DNA from: Thermoplasmata archaeon | GTDB taxonomy: Archaea; Thermoplasmatota; Thermoplasmata; RBG-16-68-12; JAFNFQ01 | Direction: 5' to 3' | Length of the DNA: 56,996 bases | Assembly (NCBI GenBank): GCA_041489255.1 | Contig: JBGPQV010000020.1 | Span: forward strand, 1 to 56,996 | Part shown: piece by piece, positions 1 to 9,812 of the stretch | Numbering within the stretch: position 1 is the stretch's first letter | Layout of the letters: each line of letters opens with the position of its first letter | Program-made: the position numbers and the translations under genes | The notes under the pieces: generated by a model | The model's database searches: none | The model's input: the letters and a program-made list of their open reading frames with translations, nothing else | What the model was told of the DNA's origin: nothing

Positions 1-3000
1 CCTATGTATGTGTAGGGTTCAGCGCCGGAGGGGTTGTACATCTCCCCGAACGGGCGGTAGTCGGTCTGGAAGATTGTGGCCCTGCTCGCGTCTGTCATGA
101 CGCGGACGTGGCCCATGTTGTCCTGGTGGTAGTACGTCGTGCTTGAGCCGATGATCTTTGCGATTCGCAACCCGCCAGCCGTCACGTACTTCGTTGTCTG
201 TCCCGTGGGATTTTTTTCAAAGAGCACCTGGCCTCCGGCGAAGGCGAAGTGTGTCGTAGTGCCGCCCTCGACCGACTTCACACGTTGTCCGGTAGGGTCG
301 TATGTGAATGTGGCGAGTGTTTGCGCGTTCTTCATGACCTGCGTGAGCTCGTTCCGTGCGTTGAACGTGTATGACCAGGAGTCCCCGCCTGATTGGGACC
401 GCGTCAGGATGTTGCCGTTGTTGTCGTATGTGAACGAGACAGGCTGCTGCATTCCGGACTGGTAGGAATTGAGGCGGTTATACACTCCGTATTGATACGA
501 AGTCGCGACGCTGCCTTCTGTCTGCGTGAGCCGGTTTCCGACCTCATCGTATGTCCAGCCTAGGGTCCCCCAAGGGCCCGTCGATGATGTGAGGCGTCCG
601 AGCAAATCGTAGTTGTTCGCGTAATTCGTCCAGCTGCTGCATAAGCCATTCGTCCACGCAGAGCATTTCGCTGAAGTTCGAATGTTCGAGGCGGCGTCGG
701 GGAGCCATGTCATCTCAAGACGCCCTTCTGACGGCGTGGTCGAGGTCGCGCGGACAGTGACATATACTTGACTGGCACGAATCCAGCCTACATCCACGTA
801 GTTGACCTGGACACCTGCGATAAGTGCATTGACAGCTGCCTGTGTCCACACCTGTCCTGTGGCTGGATTCGTCGTCCATCGGAATCCGATGACGGCGTAA
901 GTCGTCCTGAGGGGTATCGCCGGACTCGGATAATCGACGCCATTGATTCGAAGCACGAGATTGATGCTCGCCAATTCCTCAATTTGCCTCTGAGTGACTC
1001 GTGCGACGACCGTCAAATCGACGGACTCTATCGATGCCCCTTGTGGGGCCTGCCAATCAGTAAGGCCGTATAGGTCCTTCTTTCCGACCGAGTTGGCATA
1101 GACATATGACGCATCGTAGTCCAGAGAAGTGTCGTCGACCTTCTCGTAGTTTGCGCCTGCGGACGGATAGTCCGACCATTGCACGCTCGCATCGCCCATG
1201 GGGCGGAGGATGAAGGAGCTTGTGGTCGAGGAGCTCTCGCGATACACCTTCAGACCCGTCATCCGTCCCAATGAATCGTAGCCATACCATGTCCGCAGGC
1301 CATTGGACAAATCGAAATATCTCAACTGGTCGTCCTTATCGTATGTGAACCCAGAGGCATAGCCTGTCACGGAAGTGACGCGGTCGAACTCGTCATACAG
1401 GTAGTTCACTACTGAAGTGTCTGGGTACGTGATCTTGGCTATGTTGCCCGCCGGGTCATAATCGAAATTGAATTGGTACGTGGCCACGTCGAACTGGGAC
1501 GTTTCGCGCAAGAGCCTCTGGCGCAGATCATAATCGTAGGAGACCGACATCGAACCCTCCGCGGCCATCTTGACATTGCCGTTCTTGTCATAGGTATAAG
1601 CGATCGTTCCGACATCGTCAGCGAGAGTGGTCATCCGCCCGAGACTGTCGTAACCGAATGTGGCGACGTTTTCGGACCGGTCGCGTTTCTGGCTGAGCTT
1701 TCCCACCTCATCGTACTTGAACGTCTCGAATCCCCCGTCAGGATAGTCTACACGAATCCGGTTCCCCCACTCGTCATAGCTTTGGTATGTCGTTCCCTTC
1801 TGATCCTTCACGAATATGACATTGCCCATATGGTCATACGCGAGGGTGGCCACGTATGTAACTGTCGCGTCTTTGTACTCCCGGGACTGCAGGAGCTGCC
1901 CCACCTCATCGTACGTCTCGACGACCTTCTGGCGGATTGTCGCGCCATTTGACTCATAAACCTCGTTCGTGACGGTATTTACCAGGTCGTCATAGGTGAT
2001 TTTCACGAACGTACCGTCGGGGCGAGTGATTCGTGTCGGTCGACTGAAGAAATCATATTGCTTGTCATAGACCATACCTTCGGCGGTGCGGTACCAGACA
2101 AGTTGGTCCCGCCAATCGTCCTTGTAATACTCGGTAGAGTAAACGGTCATTCCGGAATCGGAGTTGAGCCGCTCCACGCGAATCAGCCGCCCAATGCCGT
2201 CGTAGTAGCGCTTCGATTTGTATCCTCTCTCATTCGTGATGGTCACGGAGGAACCGGGGTCGTCGTAGGCATTCGTGATCGTGTAACGAACTCCCATCCG
2301 GTCCGGCGGAAGCGTGACCGTCGTGACTCGCCCATTTGCATCATAGCCATAATCCGTCCGTGCTCCTTCCGCATCTTGCTCCCAACGGAGCCGTCCGGTG
2401 GTGAAATCATAGTCGTAGGACGTGGAAACGACCGTCCCCGCCACGCGGCGAACCAAGCGCATGATCTGCGTCACAAGTATCCCCGCGGCATCGTTTACGA
2501 AGCCGACCTCAACCCCTGCCTCGAGGTTGTCCACCTCGGACTTCGTCCAAGTCATCCCAGTGGATGGGTTCGCGTATAGCCGGAAAGTCATTGTTGAGTA
2601 GGATGTGCCGAGACCGAATGGCTCCGACTCCTCAGTGCCTATCAGAAGAAGCAACCTCGAGGCCACTTGGCCAACCCCTGGTGTTGAGCCTGCGCGTGCC
2701 GTGACACGAATCTCGACGTAGGAAATCCTGTCGCCAGAGACTCCCGTGTCGTAGAAGCCAAAGAGGCTTCGCGTAGCCAGTCCGTAGCCTTGAATGTACG
2801 TGAGGTCCCCATCGGCCGGCGATTCGTCCACGCACTGCCATTCATTCAATTCATTATCGCATCCTGGCATGACCGTCCAATCATTGCGCGCCCCGTTCGA
2901 ATTCGGGGGTAGGACCTCTTCCGTCGCAGTGTCGGTGCGCATGCCTGAGGTAGCGGTCACATATGCGGAGTTAAACGCCGCTCCGTACTCGAAAGAGTAG

Positions 3001-6000
3001 TGTTCCCCTGAAGGTCCGATAGTCTCGACAATGTTGCCATTCGCGTCATTGGGGGAGTATTGCCGCAGGACGAAGGTCGAATTGCGCGTATAGGACCCGA
3101 TCGCCACCCCGGCTGTGTCCAAGATGTTCATTGTGCGGATCGCCGTCGGATATTGCCCGCGGCGCAGGGCCGCCACCTCAGTGGCAGTCAAGGCGCGGGA
3201 GGTCACGACGACTTCATCAATTCGCCCATCGAGGGTCTTGCCGGTCTGATGTGTGTATCCCACGAGAAGATCGCGGGGCATTTCGCAGAATCCTTGTGGG
3301 CTACTGACCACTTGCCAGCCGAGGTCGTTTCCATCCACATAGAGGTGCTGGGACCGCCCATCGAATGTTCCAGCCACATGAATCCATTCTCCCGTTGGGA
3401 GCCAATCAAGCCCCGGTATGACATGGGACGATGCATACACACATGGTGTTTCCGGGTTCGTTGTCAGATATGTCGTGAAGTCGATGACCCAACCGGACAA
3501 GGAGTATCTCAACGAAAACTGCCAAGCAACTGTGTCATCATCTATCGTGCCAAGCGCCAACGGATAGACCATATCGTAGGTATTTGACGGAAACGCGTCC
3601 ACCCAAAGCCAGAACGACGCGGTCATTTGTCTTCTGGGTCTTATTGTGCTGGAATAAGGAATCCTGAGATAGTCACCTGAACCATCTCCCCGGAATTCTC
3701 GGGCTCGGCCGAATACACCAGCGGCATCAACTGTGCCTGTGATCCACGCATCGTTTCCCAAGCCTGATGAGTCTCGCAAACTGGACGCGCCACTTGGCGA
3801 ATGCGCCAAGGAGGGAGTTTCCATATCTAGGCGAACCACATCGTCCAATGACTTGTTCGTCCATGATATGGAGGCGAGCAGTCCTCTGTGATTTCGTGTA
3901 TTAGTTGGAGTCGAATATGGTGATTGAGGGCGCGAGTAGGCAAACACGTCTCCTGGCCAGACCTCGTCAAAGATCGGACTCTCATATTCAATCGTCGTGC
4001 CATCCACGTCGTACACTCGGAAGAAGGCGGAAATCGGGAAGGCCGTTCGAGAGCCAAAATAATAGATCCATAAATCGACCGTGGAGTCCTCGGCAGTCAG
4101 TTGGTCCATAAGCCATCCGTCGCCAGAGAATGCCTTCACAAGTTGACCCGGGCGCAGGCCCTGGACTCGAACCTTGAACTTAGAGAGTTCGTCGTCTACG
4201 GTCGTGATGTCCCAGAAGGCGGCACCCCCACGGACTCTATATTTCGCGCACGAAAAATAGCGGGTTGATGTGATTCCTATATCACTAGCCCTCGCAAGAA
4301 GCATCGACCATCCATTCGTTTTCGAGGGGAGAGGCCCCGCCATGACACCTTCGACCTCTGCAGATTTTCCCCATCTCGCCGTATAGTATGCGCTCGGAGT
4401 GCCCAACGCCAAATCGATTCTCGATGGAACAGAACCCTCCGGAATATACACGTACTGGATGATGACGTCGTCTGGAGAAACCTCCAGGTATGTGGGAGGA
4501 TTCTTGTAGTAGATCGAGTGCTGATGCCATCCCGGCGCCACCGGAGGGCTGTAATGACTCTGAGTTCCACTTGGAGGGAAAGGATACTCAACCCAATGCC
4601 AGCCGTCCTGATCATCTCTGGGCTCATTCGGGGCGGGGTATTCATCTACCCAGAATGGCGTATCGCCCTGAGTGAGAAAGCCTGAGCGGGTCTTAATCAT
4701 GGGCTGGAACTCTCGCGGCGGCCAAAAGGTGTATTGATCGCCTCGGAAGTAGAGGCCGGGTCTCTGAAGTAATTCAGAGCCATCTGAATCGTAGACTGTG
4801 AGAACAGCCTTAGGCGATGAATTGGGAGGCATTTCGAGAATTACCTCATCCGCCCCATAGTCCTCAACGAAATCTGAGGCAAACAGCCCGGTCCATGGAT
4901 CGACGAGCGTAGCCCACTGACCTTTCGCCAAGTTCGATATGCGAATGGACTCCGAGCCGTGCACTGCCGTTTCCGCGACCCGCAGCGTTGACACGGGGTA
5001 GGTAATGAGTTTCACGGTGGTAATCGCTCCCTGTGCCTGAGCGAATCTCTTAACTCCCTGTCTCATAAGAAACCCGTTTATGTAGATGTCATAATCGTCT
5101 TGGCGAACAGAGAAGGCTATCCTGTACCAGTTCCCCGCAACGTAATCCGCGATAGGGTCCCAGCCGTCGGGAGACTCAGAGCCCATTTTCCCTTCATCGA
5201 ATGCGAACATCAAGGCCACACCACCCGACGAATAGAGGATAATTCTGTGGAACTGGTTAGATTCTCCCGGCGAGACGACGAATGAATATGTTCCTTCGTT
5301 AAGCGGCGCAGACAGCTGAAGTACTGCGGCTTCCGCTTCCGACGACGTCGATTTGATGAGCATGCTTGGAGCAACCCGATAGAAATTCGAGTAGTCGAAT
5401 TCAATCGATCCCAGACCCGAAGCCTGCCATTGCCCCATTTGTCGGTCCTCGAAGTCTGAGAATTGGACCAGACCACTTGCAGTCTGATCAACGCTTGCTG
5501 GTCGTCGCAAGAAACCGGCGCTGTCGGTATTCTCATAGGATGAAACCGTCTCGCGACCGATAGCATCCTTGGAGTAGACAAGGTTGCCCCAGTCGTCGTA
5601 TGAGCTGACCGTCGACGTTGACTCACTGGTGGAGCCGCCCTCATAGACGACTCCGCGAGCGGGCGCACCGTCTGAACCCAAGAATGTCACGGTGCGGCGC
5701 AGCTCATTGTTCCCCGCGTCCCGGACGATATGCGTTGATCCGGGGAAGGTGCCGTCGCCGAATAGATAGCTCTCGCTGCCGCGATTTTGGGAATCGGAAT
5801 ACGTGAATTTCGCGTATGTGACGCGGCCGTCGAGGAAAGTCCAGTCCATGCCCACACTCTTCAGGGGTACGCGACCCCTGTCAAACGTGCTTTGCTTCGT
5901 GACCACGTAGGTAAAAGCCTCCGTGCCCACATACGCCTTTTTGTAGCAATACTCCATACTCCCGCCCGTGGGGAATTTCGTGCTTCTAAGAAGGTACTTA

Positions 6001-9000
6001 TTCGCAAGGGTGTCGAGACATACATTTGAGGAACCGTACGCGAACTCAGTCGCAGGCCGATCGGCATCCGGACTCCGGACCTTCGAGAGACGGCCATCCG
6101 CGTCGTACTCGTATCGGATCGTGCGGTCGCCCTGCGAAATCGTCGTGACATGTCCATAAGCCCACGTGAAATGTACATCGCGCCTGGCGTCTCCGAGGGT
6201 GTCTCGAATGTAGTCAATATCGTGATAGCTATCGTACACCACATCAATCAGATTCCCTTGCAGGTCTTGGATATAGTCCAAGAGGTATGCCTGGCCCGTC
6301 CCTGCAAAGTTCGAGACGAGCCTGTAGCGAATACCCGCAGAGTTGAATAAATCGAACTCGTATTGGTTGACAATGGTGAGTGTGAATTGCTCGCCTTGCT
6401 TATTCTCGAAAATCCCTCTGGAATCGAAGTTGATATAATACGCTTGTCCGTCCCATAAGTGAAGGAATGGCAATCGAATCGAAGGCAGGTTCAGGCGCCA
6501 GCCCGGTCCGAAAGCCCTGTAACCGTCTTCTGTGTAAAGATATGGACGGTCTACACCCCCACTGGAGACAAAAAGCGTGGGCGGTCGATATACGCGCGAG
6601 ATTGAAACATCAAGTCCGCGACCAGGGAGGAACAGGTCCGTTTGCCTGATTGTGAGCTGGCCATTTCCTGGAGAGATGAATTGCTCCAGTTGCTGGAAAT
6701 AGGATTCATACGGGGAGAGCCCCTCGCGGCTCCATGTCTCCCCAAGCCCCGCTCCAGTCGCAGCAGAGAGTGGAAGCGACGCGAAGCGGACTTCGCAGTC
6801 TCCGAAATTATAGCCTACGCTCACATCTATAGTCCATACGAGGGTGGCCATGCGAATGGACTGACGAGCCGCGCTAAGGAACGTTGGATGCTTCATCTCC
6901 ACCATAATTCTCTCACTGTCAAGCCATCCGACATCCGTCCTCCTCTTGTGCCAAATATCGAGGTTACGGCTCGGGTCATAAGTTGAGTAGTATCCCCAGA
7001 AAATGTGGATGTTATTGTCAAGGTCTACCGAGATGGTCGGCGAATTGACGAACTGTGTGTAGTCCACGACCTGATAGGAGCCACTGTATGGAGTGCTCAA
7101 GGTTGCGTACCCCAGGGTACCATCATGTCCCAATCGGGACACATAAGCAATATGAACCACGTCGTTTGAATCGACCGCAGCACTCCATTGTGTTTCCTTG
7201 TTCACATTCTGGCGAAGACCGATGTTCAGAATCTGCGGTCCCTGTTGAGGCAGCCATCCGTTCGCGGTGTAGTCCCTCCAGCGAATGGACGAGGAGGTGT
7301 AATGAGCCGAGACAACGCGGAGCTGGCCAGCCGAAAGCGGGATAAGGCTAATAGCCTCCCGGCCGTCAGCGGGAATCTCCGTGGGCCATTCACCAATCTG
7401 GGTGAAGCTGGAACCCCCGAGAATCGTCGAGCGGAATATGCGGATGTGGGCGGTACCGGGTGGAACGGGGTCATGAATGAAGACTCCGCCGCACCAGAAG
7501 AATCCGTCTGTGCCAATGGCAACTGAAACCGGCATTTTCGATTTCTCGCCGGCGGAATAAGTATCATACACCAACGAAACAGAAGGCCAGCTTATTCCGT
7601 AATCACCTATGGAGCCCAACAGGAAATACATATCCATCCACGTCGGATCAAGCAAGCACAGCGCTACGGATGACCCGACCTGATCCACGTCGAAGGATAC
7701 TGGCGAGATACTGAGCCCAACAGAGGATACGCCCGCCCAAGTCTTCCCGTCTCGGGATGAAGTGTAGGCGATGTCTGAGCCAGTATTGAAGAAAACCCAG
7801 TATCTTCCGTTCGCTTCGAATGTTTTTCTCTGCGTGGAATATGATGTGGCCATGTAGCTGTGAGAACGGGCGGCTGTTGATGGGTCCAGGTAGGATACTC
7901 CGAACGGGAACTCAACCACTATGCCCGGATAGGGTTCTCCATGAATAGCGACCGGACCCGCCAGCATCTGGCCAATGCCGACATCCGCCCAGTCAAAACG
8001 GACGCGTTCCAGCCATTGCCCGGGATCGCCTGATTCGCCAACATCTGCCCTGAGCAGCGGCGTATCGAGGGTTGTGAGCTGGGAGAATCCCCCGAAGTCC
8101 GTTACTGTATCATCCTCTGTCTGCACAAACGTATTCCTCGTTTGAGATTTCCATGTCAGACGGTAACTGCTTATCGTCGAGTTCCATGACTGCTGGAAGT
8201 CTACTGTGATTTTCACGGGTGACGATTCGTTGAACACGTAGGTCATTGTGACGTTGCCTTGATTGATACTGTCGATGACTACATCGTAGCGACTCTGGAA
8301 GAATGAGTCGTTCCAAGCTTCAATTCTGGAATCAGAAATATTCGAAGTCGGTGTCGTTTCGAGGATGAAAGTGCTCGCTGAAATCTGTTGGAGGCCGGTC
8401 TGATCACTCAGTTCGAGCATGTGAGGATCCCTTTTGTTGAAGGAGTAGTTGCCATCGCGCGTGATATAGACGATTTGATCGGTGAAGTTGGTGGCAAATG
8501 GGGAGAAATCGCCTGACGCAGGTGTGGAGCTCACCACGCCGGGAGAGCGGAAGATGGCATCCACGTTACCTTCCGGAAGACTCGGCGTGACATGAACGTC
8601 GATCCTCAAGACATCCAAAGTCGCGATTCCTTGTACAGTGTCGTCAGGAGTGTCCACTTGGGCATCCCACAGTCGCACGACGGGGGATCCTTGGTTGATC
8701 TCTGTTTCATTGAGTGGGATTGGGTCGAACCACTGGTCGACATCCGAATTGCATATCGCGACCGTTCTCCATGCGGAGGGGTAGGCACCACCTTGGCCCA
8801 CCTGAACGAGCACGTTTTCCGAGCCCGGGCTGAGTCGGCTGCATTCGACGACCAAAAACGTCGATTCGCCGAGTTGCGAAACACCTGACCATGAGAACCG
8901 GATTTCCAGGGCAAATTCCGGATTGTAGACGGCATCGATTTTCGTCTGCATCTGCGTTACGCGGTTATCCGGTGAGCAGTCGACGCATCGGACTCCGACT

Positions 9001-9740
9001 TTCAGGTTGTTGATGTCCGTGGAGGTCCATTCAGAACCGGTAATCGGGTTCTTGGCGTCCGTCCTGCTGTACCGCACATATGAGGTCGTCGTACTCTGTG
9101 TCGCCCCGTTGTTGTAGCTTGAGTCTCCCACTTTGACATCTATTGCGACGGAGGCGGCCTGGCTCGAGGTCTTCTTGACCGCAGCAGACGATGTCACCGT
9201 GAAATCGTCGACGTCAGGGGGATCGGTGAGGCTTGGATTCTGCATCGTCACCCCCACGCGATTTCCGTTTGTGTGGCCTTGCCTGCAAGTCGCATCCCCG
9301 TCATGAGTATCCGCCCCATCGTCTAGCTCGTCCCAAGGTGTTGCGTCCGTAGAACACGGCGTCCCCACAGCCCAGCCGTTCACGTCTGTCCCATCGGGTA
9401 GTAGAACGAGACCTAACTGATTCGTTGGGCTTCTGTCCACCTCCCTATAGGAGCAACGAGCATCATCCGACTCGTTGAGGTCAGTCCGATTGCCCCCGCA
9501 ATTCCCGCCGGTCAAAGTGCCATTAATCAGCGACTGGGATGTGGGCAGGTAGTGTTCGACGGACCCTGATTGGCTTTCGCTGTCAGGTCCTGAAGAAGTC
9601 ATCGTCCCGCTATTCACCGGTGGTCGGGGTTCCGTTCCACCTCCCGAGATCGGGTCCGCGGCCACAGGTCCCACCAGTGGCGAGAATACAGTCAACAACA
9701 TCGCCAAAGCTACACATACGCATGTAATGCGTCCAAGCAT
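1..9740 (-). CDS. Giant secreted RHS/YD-repeat protein (at least 3246 aa; 3' end beyond the left edge), probable polymorphic toxin or adhesin
   Basis: Translated by hand from ATG 9740 (GGAGG upstream; in-frame TGA at 9744-9746 just before it). N-terminal signal peptide MLGRITCVCVALAMLLTVFSPLVGPVAA-DP. DUF6531-like segment ISPGNGQLTIRQTDLFLPGRGLDVSISRVY...FGPGWRL at ~6480-6680. Many YDxxGR/N repeats. RHS core YYHQDNMGHVRVMTD...TDYRPFGE...PYTYIG at 1-140. The ORF track lists no stop-terminated ORF in this frame below 9744, consistent with an open frame to the edge. Confidence 0.93.
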   Translation of the reverse strand, partial: MLGRITCVCVALAMLLTVFSPLVGPVAADPISGGGTEPRPPVNSGTMTSSGPDSESQSGSVEHYLPTSQSLINGTLTGGNCGGNRTDLNESDDARCSYREVDRSPTNQLGLVLLPDGTDVNGWAVGTPCSTDATPWDELDDGADTHDGDATCRQGHTNGNRVGVTMQNPSLTDPPDVDDFTVTSSAAVKKTSSQAASVAIDVKVGDSSYNNGATQSTTTSYVRYSRTDAKNPITGSEWTSTDINNLKVGVRCVDCSPDNRVTQMQTKIDAVYNPEFALEIRFSWSGVSQLGESTFLVVECSRLSPGSENVLVQVGQGGAYPSAWRTVAICNSDVDQWFDPIPLNETEINQGSPVVRLWDAQVDTPDDTVQGIATLDVLRIDVHVTPSLPEGNVDAIFRSPGVVSSTPASGDFSPFATNFTDQIVYITRDGNYSFNKRDPHMLELSDQTGLQQISASTFILETTPTSNISDSRIEAWNDSFFQSRYDVVIDSINQGNVTMTYVFNESSPVKITVDFQQSWNSTISSYRLTWKSQTRNTFVQTEDDTVTDFGGFSQLTTLDTPLLRADVGESGDPGQWLERVRFDWADVGIGQMLAGPVAIHGEPYPGIVVEFPFGVSYLDPSTAARSHSYMATSYSTQRKTFEANGRYWVFFNTGSDIAYTSSRDGKTWAGVSSVGLSISPVSFDVDQVGSSVALCLLDPTWMDMYFLLGSIGDYGISWPSVSLVYDTYSAGEKSKMPVSVAIGTDGFFWCGGVFIHDPVPPGTAHIRIFRSTILGGSSFTQIGEWPTEIPADGREAISLIPLSAGQLRVVSAHYTSSSIRWRDYTANGWLPQQGPQILNIGLRQNVNKETQWSAAVDSNDVVHIAYVSRLGHDGTLGYATLSTPYSGSYQVVDYTQFVNSPTISVDLDNNIHIFWGYYSTYDPSRNLDIWHKRRTDVGWLDSERIMVEMKHPTFLSAARQSIRMATLVWTIDVSVGYNFGDCEVRFASLPLSAATGAGLGETWSREGLSPYESYFQQLEQFISPGNGQLTIRQTDLFLPGRGLDVSISRVYRPPTLFVSSGGVDRPYLYTEDGYRAFGPGWRLNLPSIRLPFLHLWDGQAYYINFDSRGIFENKQGEQFTLTIVNQYEFDLFNSAGIRYRLVSNFAGTGQAYLLDYIQDLQGNLIDVVYDSYHDIDYIRDTLGDARRDVHFTWAYGHVTTISQGDRTIRYEYDADGRLSKVRSPDADRPATEFAYGSSNVCLDTLANKYLLRSTKFPTGGSMEYCYKKAYVGTEAFTYVVTKQSTFDRGRVPLKSVGMDWTFLDGRVTYAKFTYSDSQNRGSESYLFGDGTFPGSTHIVRDAGNNELRRTVTFLGSDGAPARGVVYEGGSTSESTSTVSSYDDWGNLVYSKDAIGRETVSSYENTDSAGFLRRPASVDQTASGLVQFSDFEDRQMGQWQASGLGSIEFDYSNFYRVAPSMLIKSTSSEAEAAVLQLSAPLNEGTYSFVVSPGESNQFHRIILYSSGGVALMFAFDEGKMGSESPDGWDPIADYVAGNWYRIAFSVRQDDYDIYINGFLMRQGVKRFAQAQGAITTVKLITYPVSTLRVAETAVHGSESIRISNLAKGQWATLVDPWTGLFASDFVEDYGADEVILEMPPNSSPKAVLTVYDSDGSELLQRPGLYFRGDQYTFWPPREFQPMIKTRSGFLTQGDTPFWVDEYPAPNEPRDDQDGWHWVEYPFPPSGTQSHYSPPVAPGWHQHSIYYKNPPTYLEVSPDDVIIQYVYIPEGSVPSRIDLALGTPSAYYTARWGKSAEVEGVMAGPLPSKTNGWSMLLARASDIGITSTRYFSCAKYRVRGGAAFWDITTVDDELSKFKVRVQGLRPGQLVKAFSGDGWLMDQLTAEDSTVDLWIYYFGSRTAFPISAFFRVYDVDGTTIEYESPIFDEVWPGDVFAYSRPQSPYSTPTNTRNHRGLLASISWTNKSLDDVVRLDMETPSLAHSPSGASSLRDSSGLGNDAWITGTVDAAGVFGRAREFRGDGSGDYLRIPYSSTIRPRRQMTASFWLWVDAFPSNTYDMVYPLALGTIDDDTVAWQFSLRYSLSGWVIDFTTYLTTNPETPCVYASSHVIPGLDWLPTGEWIHVAGTFDGRSQHLYVDGNDLGWQVVSSPQGFCEMPRDLLVGYTHQTGKTLDGRIDEVVVTSRALTATEVAALRRGQYPTAIRTMNILDTAGVAIGSYTRNSTFVLRQYSPNDANGNIVETIGPSGEHYSFEYGAAFNSAYVTATSGMRTDTATEEVLPPNSNGARNDWTVMPGCDNELNEWQCVDESPADGDLTYIQGYGLATRSLFGFYDTGVSGDRISYVEIRVTARAGSTPGVGQVASRLLLLIGTEESEPFGLGTSYSTMTFRLYANPSTGMTWTKSEVDNLEAGVEVGFVNDAAGILVTQIMRLVRRVAGTVVSTSYDYDFTTGRLRWEQDAEGARTDYGYDANGRVTTVTLPPDRMGVRYTITNAYDDPGSSVTITNERGYKSKRYYDGIGRLIRVERLNSDSGMTVYSTEYYKDDWRDQLVWYRTAEGMVYDKQYDFFSRPTRITRPDGTFVKITYDDLVNTVTNEVYESNGATIRQKVVETYDEVGQLLQSREYKDATVTYVATLAYDHMGNVIFVKDQKGTTYQSYDEWGNRIRVDYPDGGFETFKYDEVGKLSQKRDRSENVATFGYDSLGRMTTLADDVGTIAYTYDKNGNVKMAAEGSMSVSYDYDLRQRLLRETSQFDVATYQFNFDYDPAGNIAKITYPDTSVVNYLYDEFDRVTSVTGYASGFTYDKDDQLRYFDLSNGLRTWYGYDSLGRMTGLKVYRESSSTTSSFILRPMGDASVQWSDYPSAGANYEKVDDTSLDYDASYVYANSVGKKDLYGLTDWQAPQGASIESVDLTVVARVTQRQIEELASINLVLRINGVDYPSPAIPLRTTYAVIGFRWTTNPATGQVWTQAAVNALIAGVQVNYVDVGWIRASQVYVTVRATSTTPSEGRLEMTWLPDAASNIRTSAKCSAWTNGLCSSWTNYANNYDLLGRLTSSTGPWGTLGWTYDEVGNRLTQTEGSVATSYQYGVYNRLNSYQSGMQQPVSFTYDNNGNILTRSQSGGDSWSYTFNARNELTQVMKNAQTLATFTYDPTGQRVKSVEGGTTTHFAFAGGQVLFEKNPTGQTTKYVTAGGLRIAKIIGSSTTYYHQDNMGHVRVMTDASRATIFQTDYRPFGEMYNPSGAEPYTYI

Positions 9741-9745
9741 TCTTC

Positions 9746-9812
9746 AAACCTCCTGCCGAGCAAATGAGCGGCAAAGCGGCCATTGGATCGAATCTATATA
9801 GCGCTTTCTACA
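9746..9812 (-). promoter_or_regulatory. Putative BRE/TATA promoter and Shine-Dalgarno of the RHS gene
   Basis: Minus strand reads GAAAGCGCTATATAGA about 55 nt upstream of the ATG, and GGAGG 7 nt before the ATG. Confidence 0.5.

Noticed and set aside
139-9727. Dozens of short ORFs listed by the track on both strands
   Set aside because: All overlap the single long RHS frame and show no motifs; they are shadow ORFs.
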